Assembly: GCF_009914755.1 (NCBI RefSeq)
Contig: NC_060947.1
Direction: 5' to 3' (one strand)
Length of the DNA: 64,000 nucleotides
Origin: the human T2T-CHM13v2.0 reference genome, Homo sapiens
Position 1 is the first letter of the stretch; every line of letters starts with the position of its first letter. The position numbers and the translations under genes are program-made. Under the pieces are notes generated by a model, which ran no database searches, was not told the DNA's origin, and saw only the letters and a list, made by a program, of their open reading frames with translations. Positions 43,044 to 60,744 of the stretch are shown here, piece by piece.

Positions 43044-43452
43044 AAAAAGACACACGTGGAGTCTGGAAGAATCCACATGCAGACTTCCTTATGCTCTCTC
43101 TTCCCAGGAGATATCGCATGGGCACACTTTGCCCCTACCAATGAAGTCACAATAATATGTGTGACAGTTCTGCCCAGAAAAGCTGGTTAGAAAGGCAGGC
43201 TGGTCATGGAGGCACCCTCTGCCTAAACATATTGAAATTCCAGACTCCAGGAAGGAAGGAAAGGTGTTCAGCATAAGCCATAGTGTTAGCACAGTCTAGC
43301 CATCCTGAAGCAGCCTTATCACTTAGGGAAAGTTCTTATCACTGCAGGGAACTGCTTACCACCAAGTTCCCGATGCCAGCCAAGGGCCAACCTTGCAAGC
43401 TGGCCTTGTCCAAGATAGTCTCAGATTGGCCAAGTCAACCCTTTTCTGTACA
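42607..43452 (-). mobile_element. MER21-family LTR interrupted by an Alu
   Basis: 'cccaaagaccacccc...aaattccagactcc...gccagccaagggccaaccttgcaagc...cttttctgtaca'. Confidence 0.75.
42743..43040 (+). mobile_element. AluS nested in MER21
   Basis: Full dimer; ggaaaaagacaca TSD. Confidence 0.95.
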
Positions 43453-43974
43453 ACCTCACATGATGAAATTATCTCAGGTAGGCTAGCCAGCTGGTTTGAA
43501 ACTATACCACCAGTGGCAGGAAGCAGATATGGCTTTGGGGGAATTCTGGCTTGGGGTGACAAGTTCTGTTTGGTCGGCTGCTTGTCTGGAACCGCTTCAC
43601 ACCATTTGAAACCAACTGTGGCACTCCAGGCACTGCTGCAGGGAAGTGTGCCTGGCATGACAACATTGTCTCCTAACAAAATTACTATTTATTTCAAGCT
43701 GCTTCTTTTAAAAAATGCCCCCATTCTGTAGAACTACAAAGGGCCAAAAAGGATCTGAGGATGGTGCTGGCTTCATAGATTTTCATGAAAGAAAGACTGT
43801 ACTAGCTCAGAGAGAAAGCTGACAAGAGAAGAGATGGCTTTTGGCTTAGAACTGAGATTTAAATATACAGACTCCTTAACTGAAGGTTTCTCTCCACAGC
43901 AAGTTATCTTCCAGGGATTCTATGAAAGTACATGTTTTCTAATGCAATTACCTCCACCTGTGCTTTTAAAAAAT

Positions 43975-44240
43975 AAGTAATGAAACCAAAATTACAGCTA
44001 GACAGGAGGAATAAGTTTTAGTGTTCTATACCACTCTGGGATGGCTAGAGTTAACAATATATCATTTCAAACAGCTAAGAAGATATTGAACATTCCTAAC
44101 AAAAGGAAATAAATGTTTGAGATGAGGGATATGCTAATTACCCTGATCTGACTGCTAAACATTATATGCATTGAAACATCACTATGTACTCTATGGATAT
44201 GAACAATTATTATTTGTCAATTTAAAAAGCTTTAAAAAAC
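43975..44240 (+). mobile_element. L1MA 3' end
   Basis: 'acagctagacaggaggaataagttt...atatgctaattaccctgat...aattattatttgtcaatt'. Confidence 0.85.
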
Positions 44241-44309
44241 CTAAATTCTTCAAAGCTTAATAGTATACAGAGGTTTGTGAGAAGTTCTTCTCCCAACCTC
44301 TCTCAACCA

Positions 44310-45190
<881 letters not shown>

Positions 45191-45973
45191 GGACAGCCCC
45201 AATTTTAAATCACTTCAAAGTGATGAGCAACTACCAATTATCTAAACCCCATGGCACAGCCTCCACTGCGGTGGTGCAGTGAACATGGCCAAGCCACCAG
45301 TTCTAGTACAGATTCTGTCATTTGCTTGTGACCTTCCAAAGGTCACTCTCAGCTTCAGTTTCATCTACAAAATGAGTGGGTACAACTAGATGGATCCCAG
45401 GGCCCTTGCAGCTGTACAATTCTAACAGTCAAAGAGAACCACCACCTCCCTGCCAGTATGGAGTTCTTAAGCCCAAATTCTTCTTGCTATTTTATCCTGT
45501 AAAGTAAAGATGAGGGGCAGTTAATCACCATTTCCCACATATTAACTCTCTGGTTTCTTACATATCATTATTAAATCATCTTCTGTCTTTTCTTCAGGTT
45601 GAACAATTGCAGCTTTTTAAAATCCTCCCCATGTTGGCTCTACTCCAAGTCTTTGTGGCTTTCTAATTCTCTACATGCTCACAGAAACCAAAGAGTCCCA
45701 ACAGGATACAATATTTTAGTAATGATGACCAAAGGCAATAAAGGAAAGAGAAGCCCAGACAATGAATACCTCCTCCAGAGCTTTCCCATTCAAAGTGTGG
45801 GCTACAACCAGCAGCAGCAGCAGCATCTGGGATCTCAAGACAATTGTAAATCTTCATGACCATCCTCAGACCCCCCTGAATCAGAATCTGCATTTTAACA
45901 AGATCCCCAGGTGGTCCTATGCACAGTGAAATTTGGAAAGCAAAGAATGCTATTTTTAAATCTTCAGAAGAGA

Positions 45974-46717
<744 letters not shown>

Positions 46718-48504
46718 AGATAAGACAGAAGAGAAATTGAATAGAGTGAGGCAATAATTACTAGCCAACCTCACTTAATCACTTATCACTTATATAGATA
46801 GAATCCATATAAAGAAGCCAAAAGTACAGAAAATGTCTATGTCATATATAACTTTCCACCTTAACAGAAAGCAATAAAGGACCCCTGGTTTTAAGCCCAC
46901 AAGGTCTGAATTTTCTTTCCTCTTAGAATCATAGCATCTTAGATCTGGAAGAAACTTTGATAGTAAGTTGCTTCAATTTCTGTACTGTTAAAAAGAAACT
47001 GAGATATTGGCAGACTAATGCCCTCCCACAATAGAGACTAGCATGTTTTACATAACTCAATAGCACCTCTTTTGAATGTTTTAAGAAAGGACATGGGTTT
47101 GTTTCATGGAACAGAATGCTATTTGATCTTTTGGTAATTGCATGTTATCTAAAACTGAAATTGCCTAATTTCATTATTTCAATAAGCATTTCTTGAGCAC
47201 CAACTGTGCAGTGGCAAGTGCTAGGGTACAACAAGATACAAAATTCCTGGTTCTTCTGAAGTTTGCACTTCAATGAGGTAGATAAACAAGTAAGCAAGGT
47301 TTTGTATTGCAAGCATACAGTATGAGCAATACCGCAATAAGGATTAGTTCATGATTTCATTCATTCAGCCACTACGACTGCCTTCCATGTGCCAGAAACT
47401 GAAAGAATACCAGGAAGCACAGAGAAGGGAGGACCTAATTCTGCACTGCATGCATTGACCATCAAAGTGCTGTGTATATATCAGACAAGTTGAGGCAAGG
47501 AGGAGCACTGTTTACTGAAGGTCTGAAAAGACTTGTATGAGAGGTGCTTTTTACATGTGTGCTTGTGATAAGGCATCCTACTGCTTCAGTTCTCTTGGAA
47601 ACAACAACAAAAATCCTACTTCTCTTTCAGCATTGAATATTTGTGCCTTGTCATCTCCCTTACGAGTATCTTTTTCCCCTCTGGCTCTCTCTACACCTCT
47701 CCAGCCACCTCTGGATCTTCTGTTCGTTCCCCTCTCTGAAGTTCATAATTCTCAGGATTACAATCAGTAGTGTGCTGGTAAATGGTTGACAACTGGCTGG
47801 TGGGGTGGGTAGGAAGTTGGGGGAGACAGATTTCCAAAATGATTGTCAATTTGCACGCTTTAAATATTCCCAGCGTGGCCAATCTCAGGCAATAAATGAA
47901 ACGTCACTAAACTCAGAATTGGAAGAGGACATAATCAGGGTAAGAACCAGTACACACAAGCTCCAGGCTGGAGAACTGGGAACACTCTGCAACCTTATTT
48001 GTGAAGCTGACAGACCTCAAAGTCCTCGAGTCTTTCCAACATACTCCAGTCCAGCCATTTTTAAGTATGTATTGTAACTGCCACATCTCTGCTCAAATTA
48101 TTTCCAGAAAACTTATCCAACACTTTCAAGTCTTATTTCTGTCAGAGGCCTTCCCTGACCACCCCTATCCCTACTAAATTATCTCCCTTCTTTCTGACCT
48201 GCCCCAATACTCACCTGCGACACATATCCTCAATTCTCATGGGATTTCTTGATGGTTTAGTGTATATAAACTGTCTGCAATTTCTCTACAATTTCTCTAA
48301 TACAGACTATCACAGGTCCCTTTGGCATCATCCATTGTACCTTTCATAGGCATGTGTATGAAGCGTGCTCAATAGCACCTGCATTAAGTTTCCTTTGAGA
48401 TAATCTAAGTAGCTCTGAAAACCCGAGCTGCATAAAACCCATTCAACTGTTCTAAAATATGAGAAAGTCTAATGTTATACAACCTTACAATTTGCAGCAA
48501 GTGT

Positions 48505-48975
48505 TTTTCTAGCTTTGAGGTATAATTTACATACATTAAGCTTCACCCATTTTTAAGTGTACAATTTTACGAAATTTAGTAATCATATGCAGTTTTGTAA
48601 TCACCACAATCAACATACAGAACAGTTCCCCCACTTTACAAAGTTTCCTAGTACCTTTCTGCAGCTGATCTCCTTCCCCAACCTCTGGCAACCACTGATC
48701 TACTTTTTGTTGCCACAGTTAGGCTTTTCTAGAATGTTACATAAATGAAATCACACAGTATGTTTGTGTTTCTATTTCTTCACTTAACATAATGTTTGAG
48801 ATTTTTCCATGTTTTTGTGTGTATCCATGTCCTTTTTTTCATTGCTGAGTAGTATTCCATACTATGAATATACCACAATTCTTTTTTAAATCTATTTACC
48901 AGTTGAAGGACATTTGGGCTGTCTTCAGTTTGGAGCTATTATGAATCATGCTGCCATGAAGTCTTTGTGTACAGA
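48505..48975 (-). mobile_element. L1M 3' UTR fragment
   Basis: 'ctggcaaccactgatctact...attgctgagtagtattccat...gctattatgaatcatgctgc'. Confidence 0.8.
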
Positions 48976-50056
48976 GATTTTTTTTTACATCATTTGAGTT
49001 CTTTTATATACCAGACATGATTATATATGCAATAGAACTACCATCTCAATTAATGCTAACATCTACCCTAAGAGATGGATAGTTTTTGTTCATCTAAAAA
49101 AAAAAGTGAAGTTGCACAAGTTTATACAGCTAGGAAGTGGAGGAGTCCGGATTTGAACCCAGCTAATCCATATAGTTGTCATAGGGATTAGATGAGTTAA
49201 TATAAATAATGTGCTTAGAATAGCAAATGTTCAATAAATGTCAGCTATTATAACTATGCTCTTTCCCCCACACGATCCTACCACCCACAGAGTATTCAAT
49301 AGTGCTGGAAAGTAAGGATGTACAGCTACTGAAATAAATGAATAGGGCACCTCACTAATGTATGCCTGTCAGTTGCATCATTCCTTTTCTTGACTCTCTT
49401 TTCTTCCCCATCCTCCATTCCAGTACCAGGTTAAAAAAGAAATCCATGTTTTATCACCTCAGCAACTGATATCACACAGTAGTGACAATGGATACATCAC
49501 TTGGTGCTAACATGCAAGCTAAGAAAAATATTTCACAGTGAGTTGAAAGAAAAACTATCAGTTGGCCAGGCGGCTTTTACACAGGAAGGAATTTTAGAAG
49601 GAAAAAACAAGACAATCTTCACTACAATTTTTATTCATCACTAACCTCTCTTTTCTCCTTTGAGATATTTTAGTTTTGTGGATTTTAAGCATACTGCACA
49701 AAGATGTTACATAAACCCTGTTGGGAAGGGTAAAATATGACTGTCATTTAAAATGTACATGAAGGTTATAACACTCTTTGGTATGGTGAAAGATTCAGTA
49801 TAAGAAATGGCTCCCATGAGGAGCCCAATCAAGGCAAAGCAGTCACTACAATCCCAAAACGTGGGGTTTTTTTTTTTTTTTTTGCTCTCAAAGAATCACA
49901 CAAAATAAGCTATGCTGAAAACACTGTAGGAAGGTATCCTTATTCTCGAGGATTATCAACTCTTACCCTTTTCATACTACCAGGTAACCATTTTTGGCAA
50001 CTGTAAGAAGATTTTTCCCACCTGAATATGAGACCATTAACACAAAAATTCATTTT

Positions 50057-50430
50057 AATATTTTATTTTTTATTTCAATAGGTTTTTGGGGAACAGGTAG
50101 TGTTTGGTTACATGAATAACTTCTTTAGTGGTGATTTCTGAGATTTTGGTGCACCCATAGCCCAAGCAGTGTACACTGTACCCAATGTGTAGTCTTTTAT
50201 CCCTTGCCACCCCCAGCCTTTCCCCCCGAGTCCCCAAATCCCAGTGTATCATTCTTATGCCTTTGCATCCTCATAACTTAGCTCCCACATACAACTGAGA
50301 ACATGCAATGTTTGGTTTTCCATTCCTGAGTTACTTCATTTAGAATAATTGCCTCCAATTCCATCCAGGTTGCCACGAATGCCATTGTTTAGTTCCTTTA
50401 TATGGCTGAGTATTCCACAGAATGAATGTG

Positions 50431-50470
<40 letters not shown>

Positions 50471-50904
50471 CATATATATACACATACATATATATACATA
50501 TACACACATATATACACATACATATACACACATATATATACACATACATATATATATAATATACATATATACATATACACACATACATATATATATACAC
50601 ACACACCTCATTTTCTTTATCCACTCGTTGATTGATGGGCACTTGGGCTGGTTCCATACTTTTGCAATTGCAAACTGTGCTGCTATAAACATGCACGTGC
50701 AAGTATCTTTTTCATATGATTTTTTTTCCCCCTGGGTAGACAGCTAGTAGTGGAATTGCTGGATCAAATGGTAGATCTACTTTTAGTTCTTTAAGCAATC
50801 TCCCCACTATTTCTATAGTGGTTGTACTAGTTTACATTCCCACCAGCAGTGTAGAAGTGTTCCCTTTCACTGCATCCACACCAACATCTATTATTTTTTT
50901 ATTT
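50057..50904 (-). mobile_element. 5'-truncated L1PB-like insertion with an internal (CA/TA)n compound repeat
   Basis: L1PB-type 3' UTR; perfect 15-bp TSD acaaaaattcatttt at 50042-50056 and 50905-50919; microsatellite 50432-50606. Confidence 0.9.
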
Positions 50905-52053
50905 ACAAAAATTCATTTTCTATGTTCAAAATAATTCAGATAAAAATTCAACTGTAGATCATTTCCTCTATTATTATTTTGGCTCTCAGCAATATTTCTT
51001 GGCAATCACGATAAATATTTTGCAATTGAAAAAGCCGACGAATACTATGCTTTCAAATGGACTCTCAGGATTCAATACTGAACTTAATCAGATAAGAAAA
51101 ATCTCTTTTAGGCTCTTAGTCTTCTAATTAATTTGTTAATTGAAAAAGTAACCTAGACAGATTCAATTAACAGAAGTAATATACACAGACAGTAACAACC
51201 TCACAACAGAAACAAAGGGTATATAGTGAAAAGTAAATCCCCTAACATGGATTTCCTGGCCATGAATCCCTCCAGAATCATAAGCCAAATCTGCACACAT
51301 TTGTATAGACACTTTTCAGGGAAGAGGGTTTACAACTTCTCACCAGATTCTTCAGGAACCCACGATCCAGAAATGGTAAGAATCAACAGTCCAGTTCATC
51401 TGGCTCAGTACAGCTCAGTGGGTTAAATCTAAAGGTAGAGGTGAGTGTGAATGAGTGTACGAGTGAGCATGTAAATGTGCGTGGGTGGGGGTGCAGGGGG
51501 TGTAGTGACAGGGTCATGGATTAAGTTCTTAAGTCAGTAGATGAGGCAAAAATGCCACGGTCTATTAAGTGGATCTTGGTCTTTGGAGGCTCAAAAGCAA
51601 CAGCAACAACAACTACAACAAAAAACAACAACAACAAAAATAACGCTTCCGGTTGGTTTTCAGCTGTCACCCTTGCTTCCTGGAAGCAAGGTAGTCAAGA
51701 CCCATGTTGAAAGAGGGGAGAGACAATGGGGTAAACCACTGGCCCTTCTCTCTCTTCTGCTGAGATCATTCACGTGCCTGAGTTTGTGAGAGTTAACTAC
51801 ACACGTCAGGATACTCACTGGAGTCAGGGAATGTTCATTCTGATGACACCAGAGTGCTCAGCAGTCTTGGCTTCTGTGACTTCTTAAAAATCAACCCATG
51901 GCTTCCGCTTTAAATCCCAAACACTATTTTCATAACATTAGATGACAGGAGCAACAAGGTGGGTAGGTGGGCAATATGAAGCAGTGGTAATACATAGAAG
52001 TCCATTTTAGAGCTTTTGGAAAATAAGCAATGAGAAAAGTATTATGAATATGA

Positions 52054-52417
<364 letters not shown>

Positions 52418-54230
52418 GGAAATACACTTTAAAAATTGGTATAATTGTAGAAAGACACATAACCTTAAAATAATCTCCCCTCTCATCTCTCTTCAATACC
52501 ACTAATATTTTGCATCTTGGATAGGCAGTAGGCAGAATCTTCAGGAACAGCATCCTCCTCAGTTCTGTTCTGATAAAGGGTCTTGAACATTTTTACATAT
52601 TCCATAAATAATTTCACCAAAACACCCTCCGGGGCAATCTTTGAAAAATGAGCAGCAAAAGATACAGATAATTTCACACAATCTTAACACATTTCATTTC
52701 TGGATAAGAACAAATGTCCTATCCACATGCTAAGACTATTGGGAAAAAAAAATTACTGAGCTGCATTTCAGTCACTTGGGTCAGAGTAACTGTTTCTGTC
52801 TCCTATAAAAATGGTAGATGACAATGCCACACGCACAGTGGTTTCCAAGACAGACTCAGTGAAAACTATGCTTGAAGACAGCAGGGATTCAGCCCCAGAG
52901 AAAACCACAAAAGCTATCACACCACAAGCAAAAGTAAGCTAAGAGTAGTTATTCAGATACCAAAGTGGCAATTGTGTGACCTTTTTCCACGCTGGCTGCT
53001 TCCCAAGGCTCATTATGAGAAAGGTTGTTCTTTCTCCCTTCTGAAATGAATGCAGCTTTTGAACACACTTTCTAGTTCCATTTGGTCCCAGAGCCGAGAG
53101 ATTATTTTAACCATGATCTCCTAATGGGAAATTCACTCACTTTCTTCCCACAGAAAGACTGCCTTGTGATAATTATAGCAGTTTTCAAAACTCCAGGATG
53201 TGTGCATTTTGAAAGGAAAGGTCTTTGGCAAAACAACAAAGAAATAATTTCTTTTTGGTCCATTCTGGTCCCTTTTCAAGTCTGCAGTGAAATGGTGAAA
53301 GGAATCAGAGAGAAAACACTCATGTTGCAGTTTCATAATTTGTATCATAAGTGATAATCAAATCAGTACTTTCGTGAAAGCAATTTATGATATCTTATTA
53401 TATTCAGAATTGAAAACAAATAATAGCAGGCCATGGTTCATTTTTTGTGGAAAGCAGTGAGAGGTTGGTGAAGACAAGAGAAAAAGTTGTTACAGATTGA
53501 ACCAACAGAGTAACATTGAAAAGGTCATCTGATGCTTGATTCTCCCACTTTGTAGTACAAAGGACCATGGGAAATCTGCAAGAGCCTTGAGGAATCTGAA
53601 AGAATCGATGCTGTCCCTTAACCTTCTGCCATCTCTCCAAGGACATGCAGAATAATGTAAATAAATCAGCGAAATAGATCTGCAGTGTCTTATTCAGCAA
53701 AAAAGTAGAGTCGCTGATTCTGAATCGCCTTGCCTAGCATTGCTGCCAATTCCCTCTTGTAGAAAGCACGTTAGGGGGGATGCTGCACTAGACCCAGTGC
53801 AGATCCCCCTTGGGCACCAAGTTGGGGAAGTGAAAGGAATCTTGGGAGGACACTGACATGACTTGCACATCAGGTGGTGGAGCCGAGGGGCTGGTGCCCA
53901 GGCACGTGGGGCACAGCAAAGGGAGTAGCTCTGACTTCAGCATATTGCAAACGTTCCAAAAATGCAGATTAGATTCCAGGGTTGGAGTTTTTAAAGGAAG
54001 GCTGCTTTAGAGGATTTGGATGATGTCAGAAATGATGTTCTGGAAATATACTCACTCATCGGTGAGCCCCACAGAGAAATGAAAGGGAGTGCAGGAAGTT
54101 AGAGTGGCTTATGGGCATCACCCTTCCCACATACTGTGTATGAAAGACAGAGAATGGCATGAATTAAAGAGTAAACAAGGATTTCAGGGGAGAAAGTCAG
54201 AAAGGTGTGCTTCCAACGTATAGTAAAGTA

Positions 54231-54550
54231 CAGGTCCCCACTTATCCATGAGGTATACATTCCAAGACCCCCAGTGGATGCCTAAAACTGCAGATAGTAA
54301 CAAACCCTATATACAGTGTTTTTCCCTGTATATACATACAATAAAGTTTCATTTATAAATTAGGCACAGTGAGAAATTAGCAACAATAACTAATAATAGA
54401 TCAACTATAACAATATACTGTAATCAAAGTTATGTGAATGTAGTCTCTCTTTCTTATCTTATTGTTCTGTACTTACCTATTTTGGACCACTGTTGACCAC
54501 AGGTAACTGACACCATGGAGAGTGAAACCGTGAATAAAGGGGGACTACTG
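54231..54550. mobile_element. MER2 (Tigger-family) DNA transposon
   Basis: TA-flanked; TIR-like ends 'caggtccccacttatccatg' and 'cgtgaataaagggggactactg'. Confidence 0.8.
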
Positions 54551-54870
54551 TATGTGATAAATGTGGCAAAGATTGCATAGTGAAAAAGCTGGGAGGCATC
54601 CAACTTGGTCATGAACAGGCTCCACAACTTGGAAAAATCACCCAACCCTCCATGTCACTAAATGCAAGTTCAACTCTGCTTCTTTGTTTCTAAAATACAG
54701 GTAGTAAACTCACTAGCTCACAAGGTGGTTGTAAAGATCACATGCACATGCGGGCACTTTGTAAACTGCAAAGCAGTTCATGACATTGTGATAAAAAACA
54801 GCAAAGAGGTCACGGGCCAAATTCACGGATTTATGTTTCCATTACAATAGGCAAAGAAAACCCCATTCTC

Positions 54871-54962
54871 AGCCAGGCACGGTGGTTCATGCCTGTAGTC
54901 TCAGCACTTTGGGAGCCTGAGGCCGGCAGATCACTGGACCACACGGTAAAAATCCATCTCTT

Positions 54963-54997
<35 letters not shown>

Positions 54998-55228
54998 AAG
55001 AAAGAAAAGAAAAGAAAAGAAAAAAAAAACAAAGAAAAATATTAGCTGGGCATGGTGGTGCACACCTATAGTCCCAGCTACTCAGGAGGCTGAGGCAGGA
55101 GGATCACTTGAGTCCAAGAGGTCAAGGCTGCAGTGAGCTGAGATTGTACCACTGCTCTCCAGCCTGGGTGACAGAGCAAGACCCTGTCTCAAAAAGAAAA
55201 AGTAAAAATAAAAAATGAAAGAAAAAAA
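54871..55228 (+). mobile_element. AluJ with a left-arm deletion and an expanded ~75-bp middle A-rich tract
   Basis: aaaaccccattctc TSD on both sides. Confidence 0.9.
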
Positions 55229-55279
55229 CCCCATTCTCTTCTGCACTTTGCTTCTGACTGCTTGGATAAAAACACAGAC

Positions 55280-56110
<831 letters not shown>

Positions 56111-56129
56111 AAAACAATGAGCTTCAGCC

Positions 56130-57480
<1,351 letters not shown>

Positions 57481-58504
57481 AGTATCTAGCACGGTGCCTC
57501 TTTCTGAACTCTTAGATTCTGTGAAATGTCTTCATTTCACATTCAGGTGAAACACCAGAATATGGAGAAAGTTTCAAGCTGGGGAAAGAATTTTCCAGAA
57601 AGTCAAAAGTTGCTCATAGACATTTAAATTGTGTGTGTGTGTGTACGTGTGCATACTGCTGGAAAAGAGTTATGTAAATGACGGGAGGAAATGCTTTGTA
57701 TTAATAACTTTTAGATAACAAGAAGTGAAAATTGCTAGATTTCAAAAATAAAAGGCCAACACCTCAGCAAAAAGTAAGATGACAGAGTCTGTTTGGTCTC
57801 TGGATTTTGAAGGACATCTTCACAACTGTATATAACTGTAGGACTTTAAAATCTGATCCAAGTCCTGGGTTTTTCTTGCATTTCCTTATATTCCCATAAC
57901 TCTGCTAATAGAACATGAATTAGATATGTAAATCAGCTCTCACTAAAAGCGAAATGCAAGATCTTAGTCATCTTAGATAAAATTGTCTGTTGTTGGTTAT
58001 TAACCAGCCTACATATAAAAGAATAACTTTTAAAATGGGATGGTTGCATAAGAGTTTTTCTTTACCCCTTGGGTCAAATGAGGGGAAATTCCATGGCACA
58101 GAATAAAATGTATGCTGTTTCCACAGAAAATACTCTGTTTCCACAAAGTTTGGCAATAGCATTCTTGGACAACTAATATCTTTCCTTTCTCACACTTATT
58201 CAATAAAGCAATTCACTGCACAACTCCCTGAAGTGGTGGTTATGGATTTGGACATAACATAACCCACATTTTTTCCCTCTCTGGGACTCTAAGGACATTT
58301 CTTGCCTTAACACTAAAGACATTCCAAAGTGGCTAATCATGTATATAAGTACACAATGCTGTTTGGGATGCTTGGAGATGGTGTCAACTCTTTATCCTAA
58401 GAGTCTATCTTCTGGAGCAATGGATGCATAGAGCATGGGAGGCTGGAAGGGCAGTCTACCCTAGTATTCAACCAAACCCATCAGAATAATAGTCCAAAAG
58501 GTAT

Positions 58505-58945
58505 TAGGTGTTCATCGACTGATGAATGAATAAATAAATGTGGTCCGTATTCATACAACAGAATGTTATTGGGCCACAAATAGGAATGAAGTACTGACAC
58601 ATGCTACCACATGGATAAACCTCAGAAACATCATGCTAAGTGAAAGAAGCCAGACACAAAATATCACATATGATTCAATTTAAAATAAATGTCCAGAATA
58701 GGAAAACCTATAGAGACAGAAAGGAAAAAATGGTTGCTTGGCAGCAGCTGGTGGGGTGGGATATTGAGTGACAGCAAATGGATATAGGTTGTTTTTTTTT
58801 TTTTTAAAGGGGACAAAAACGTTCCAAAATTAGATTGTGATGATGGTGGTGCAACCCTGTAAATATTCTAAAACACAGTGAATTATACACTTTAAATGGG
58901 TGAACCGTATGGTATGTAAATTATACCTCAAAATAGCTATAAAAA
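58505..58945 (+). mobile_element. L1M (MB-like) 3' end
   Basis: 'aggaatgaagtactgacacatgctac...atgctaagtgaaagaagccagacacaaaa'. Confidence 0.85.
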
Positions 58946-59109
58946 CATGAGGGAGTTTTGACAAAACCATAGGGGCATCAACTTGTAATCTATGATGGTC
59001 CAGTTTGGTTCCGATTGTCGAACCAATGGTCTCCCCTTGGACTTCTTTACTCTCCTTCCAGAATGCCCTTGTTCAGTGACATTTCAATTATCTTCCATTC
59101 ATTTTTTAA

Positions 59110-59665
59110 ATTTAACCTTTTGTTGGTTTTGAGATAAATTCAGACTTTCAGCAGTGTTGCAAAAATATTACAAAGAGTTCCAATACATCCTTCACTGAGC
59201 TTCTCCTTATGTTAACATCTTACATAACTACAGAACATTTATCAAAACTAAGAAATTAGTCTTGGCACAATGCTGTTAACTAAAGCACAGAACTTATTTG
59301 GATTTCACCAGTTTTCCCACTAATGTCCCTTTTCCATTCCAGGATACAATTCAGAATCTTGTGCGGCATTTAGTTGTCCTGTCTCCTTGGTCTCCTTCAA
59401 TCTGTGCAAATTCCCCAGTCTTTACTTGTTTTTCATGACCTTGACTCTTTTGAAGAGTATTGGTCACAAATTTTGTAGAATATCCCTCAATTTGGGTTTG
59501 TCTGCTGTTTCCTCATGATTCAGCTGGGGTTATGCATCACTTGGAAGGAAACCAGAGTAGTAATACTGTATCCTTTGCAATGCATTGCATGGGGGGCAAA
59601 TGGTATTGATGCAGGTTACTCATGACATTAACCTTGATCACTTGGCTAAGGTGGCATCTGCCTCG
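59110..59665 (-). mobile_element. L1MC-like 3' fragment
   Basis: 'gttaacatcttacataac...tttatcaaaactaagaaatta...ccttgatcacttggctaaggtgg'. Confidence 0.7.
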
Positions 59666-60298
59666 AGATGCCACAAGTCGAATTTAAGACTGATTTTCAT
59701 GCACTCAACAGTTATTTAATGTTTACCATGTTCCAGATATAATGTCAGTCTCTAAGGCAATGATGTTCATTCCTGTCTGAAAATAAAGATCATCTGTGAA
59801 GCCTTTTAAACATACACATTCCAGGGCTCATCCCCTTAAGATTCTGAACCAGTAGGTCTGAGGGAGGAATTCCCCAGGAGGTTCTGATAGTGGCCGGGAT
59901 AGACAGGCAGAGAGAAATAGGGCAGTGGCCCTACTTTGAAGGAGCTCTCAGTCTAGAAAGAAGTACAAATAGAGAAATCATAAAGCAATAACAACCATTC
60001 CAACAAGGTATGGACTGAGGGTTATATGAACACAGAAAACAGAGCCCCTAACACTGCTTCAGGGAGAATCTGAGTCCAGGGAGGTCCTCAGCTATTAAAC
60101 AGCTCTGGTCTCTGTATTTGCTTTTTAAAAAGTATACAATGAACATGTGTGTGAAGAAAAGTATAAAGTAATTCAAAGAGTATGTATGCAATATGTCAGA
60201 AAAGCCACATTATCTAGAACAGCCCTTTGCAAAGACAGAAATCTTTTACAACTGTGAGGCTAAGTCTGGCACCTTCCAGATCTATTTAAAGAAGTTAG

Positions 60299-60495
60299 AC
60301 CAGGCTGGGTAACATAGCAAGACCCTGTCTCTACAAAAAAAAATAAAAACTAGGTAGGTGCAGTGGTGCACACCTGCAGTCTCAGCTACTTGGGAGGTTG
60401 AAGTAGATCACTTGGGCCCAGGAGGTTGAAGCTGCAGTGAGCCATGATCACACCACTGCACTCCAGCCTCGGTGACAGAGCGAGACCCTATCTCT

Positions 60496-60526
<31 letters not shown>

Positions 60527-60556
60527 CAAAACAAAACAAAACAAAACAAAAAAAAA
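60299..60556 (+). mobile_element. AluJ (left arm deleted) with an (AAAAC)n tail
   Basis: aaagaagttaga TSD; pentanucleotide tail 60496-60550. Confidence 0.9.
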
Positions 60557-60744
60557 GAAGTTAGAGCTGTTTCATTCTCTGCCAGTTTCAGGAGATCTGG
60601 GGGAGAAGGCAGATACAGAGACTCTATTAGGGACTTCAGGCTGAAGATGAGTAGGTGCCACACAGAAATCCCAGTGGCTAACTGACTTGTATTCACTGGT
60701 TAATTCCATCTTCTTAACCCTAAATCTTTAGTAAAGTCTTATTT

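Noticed and set aside
45575-45610. Strong-looking plus-strand splice acceptor (cttctgtcttttcttcag|GTT)
   Set aside because: Antisense to GPM6B, with no matching donor or promoter that I can support. Such motifs arise often by chance.
50336-50747. Stacked 68-132 aa ORFs rich in C/V/Y/I/H/T
   Set aside because: Produced by the (CA/TA)n microsatellite inside an L1.
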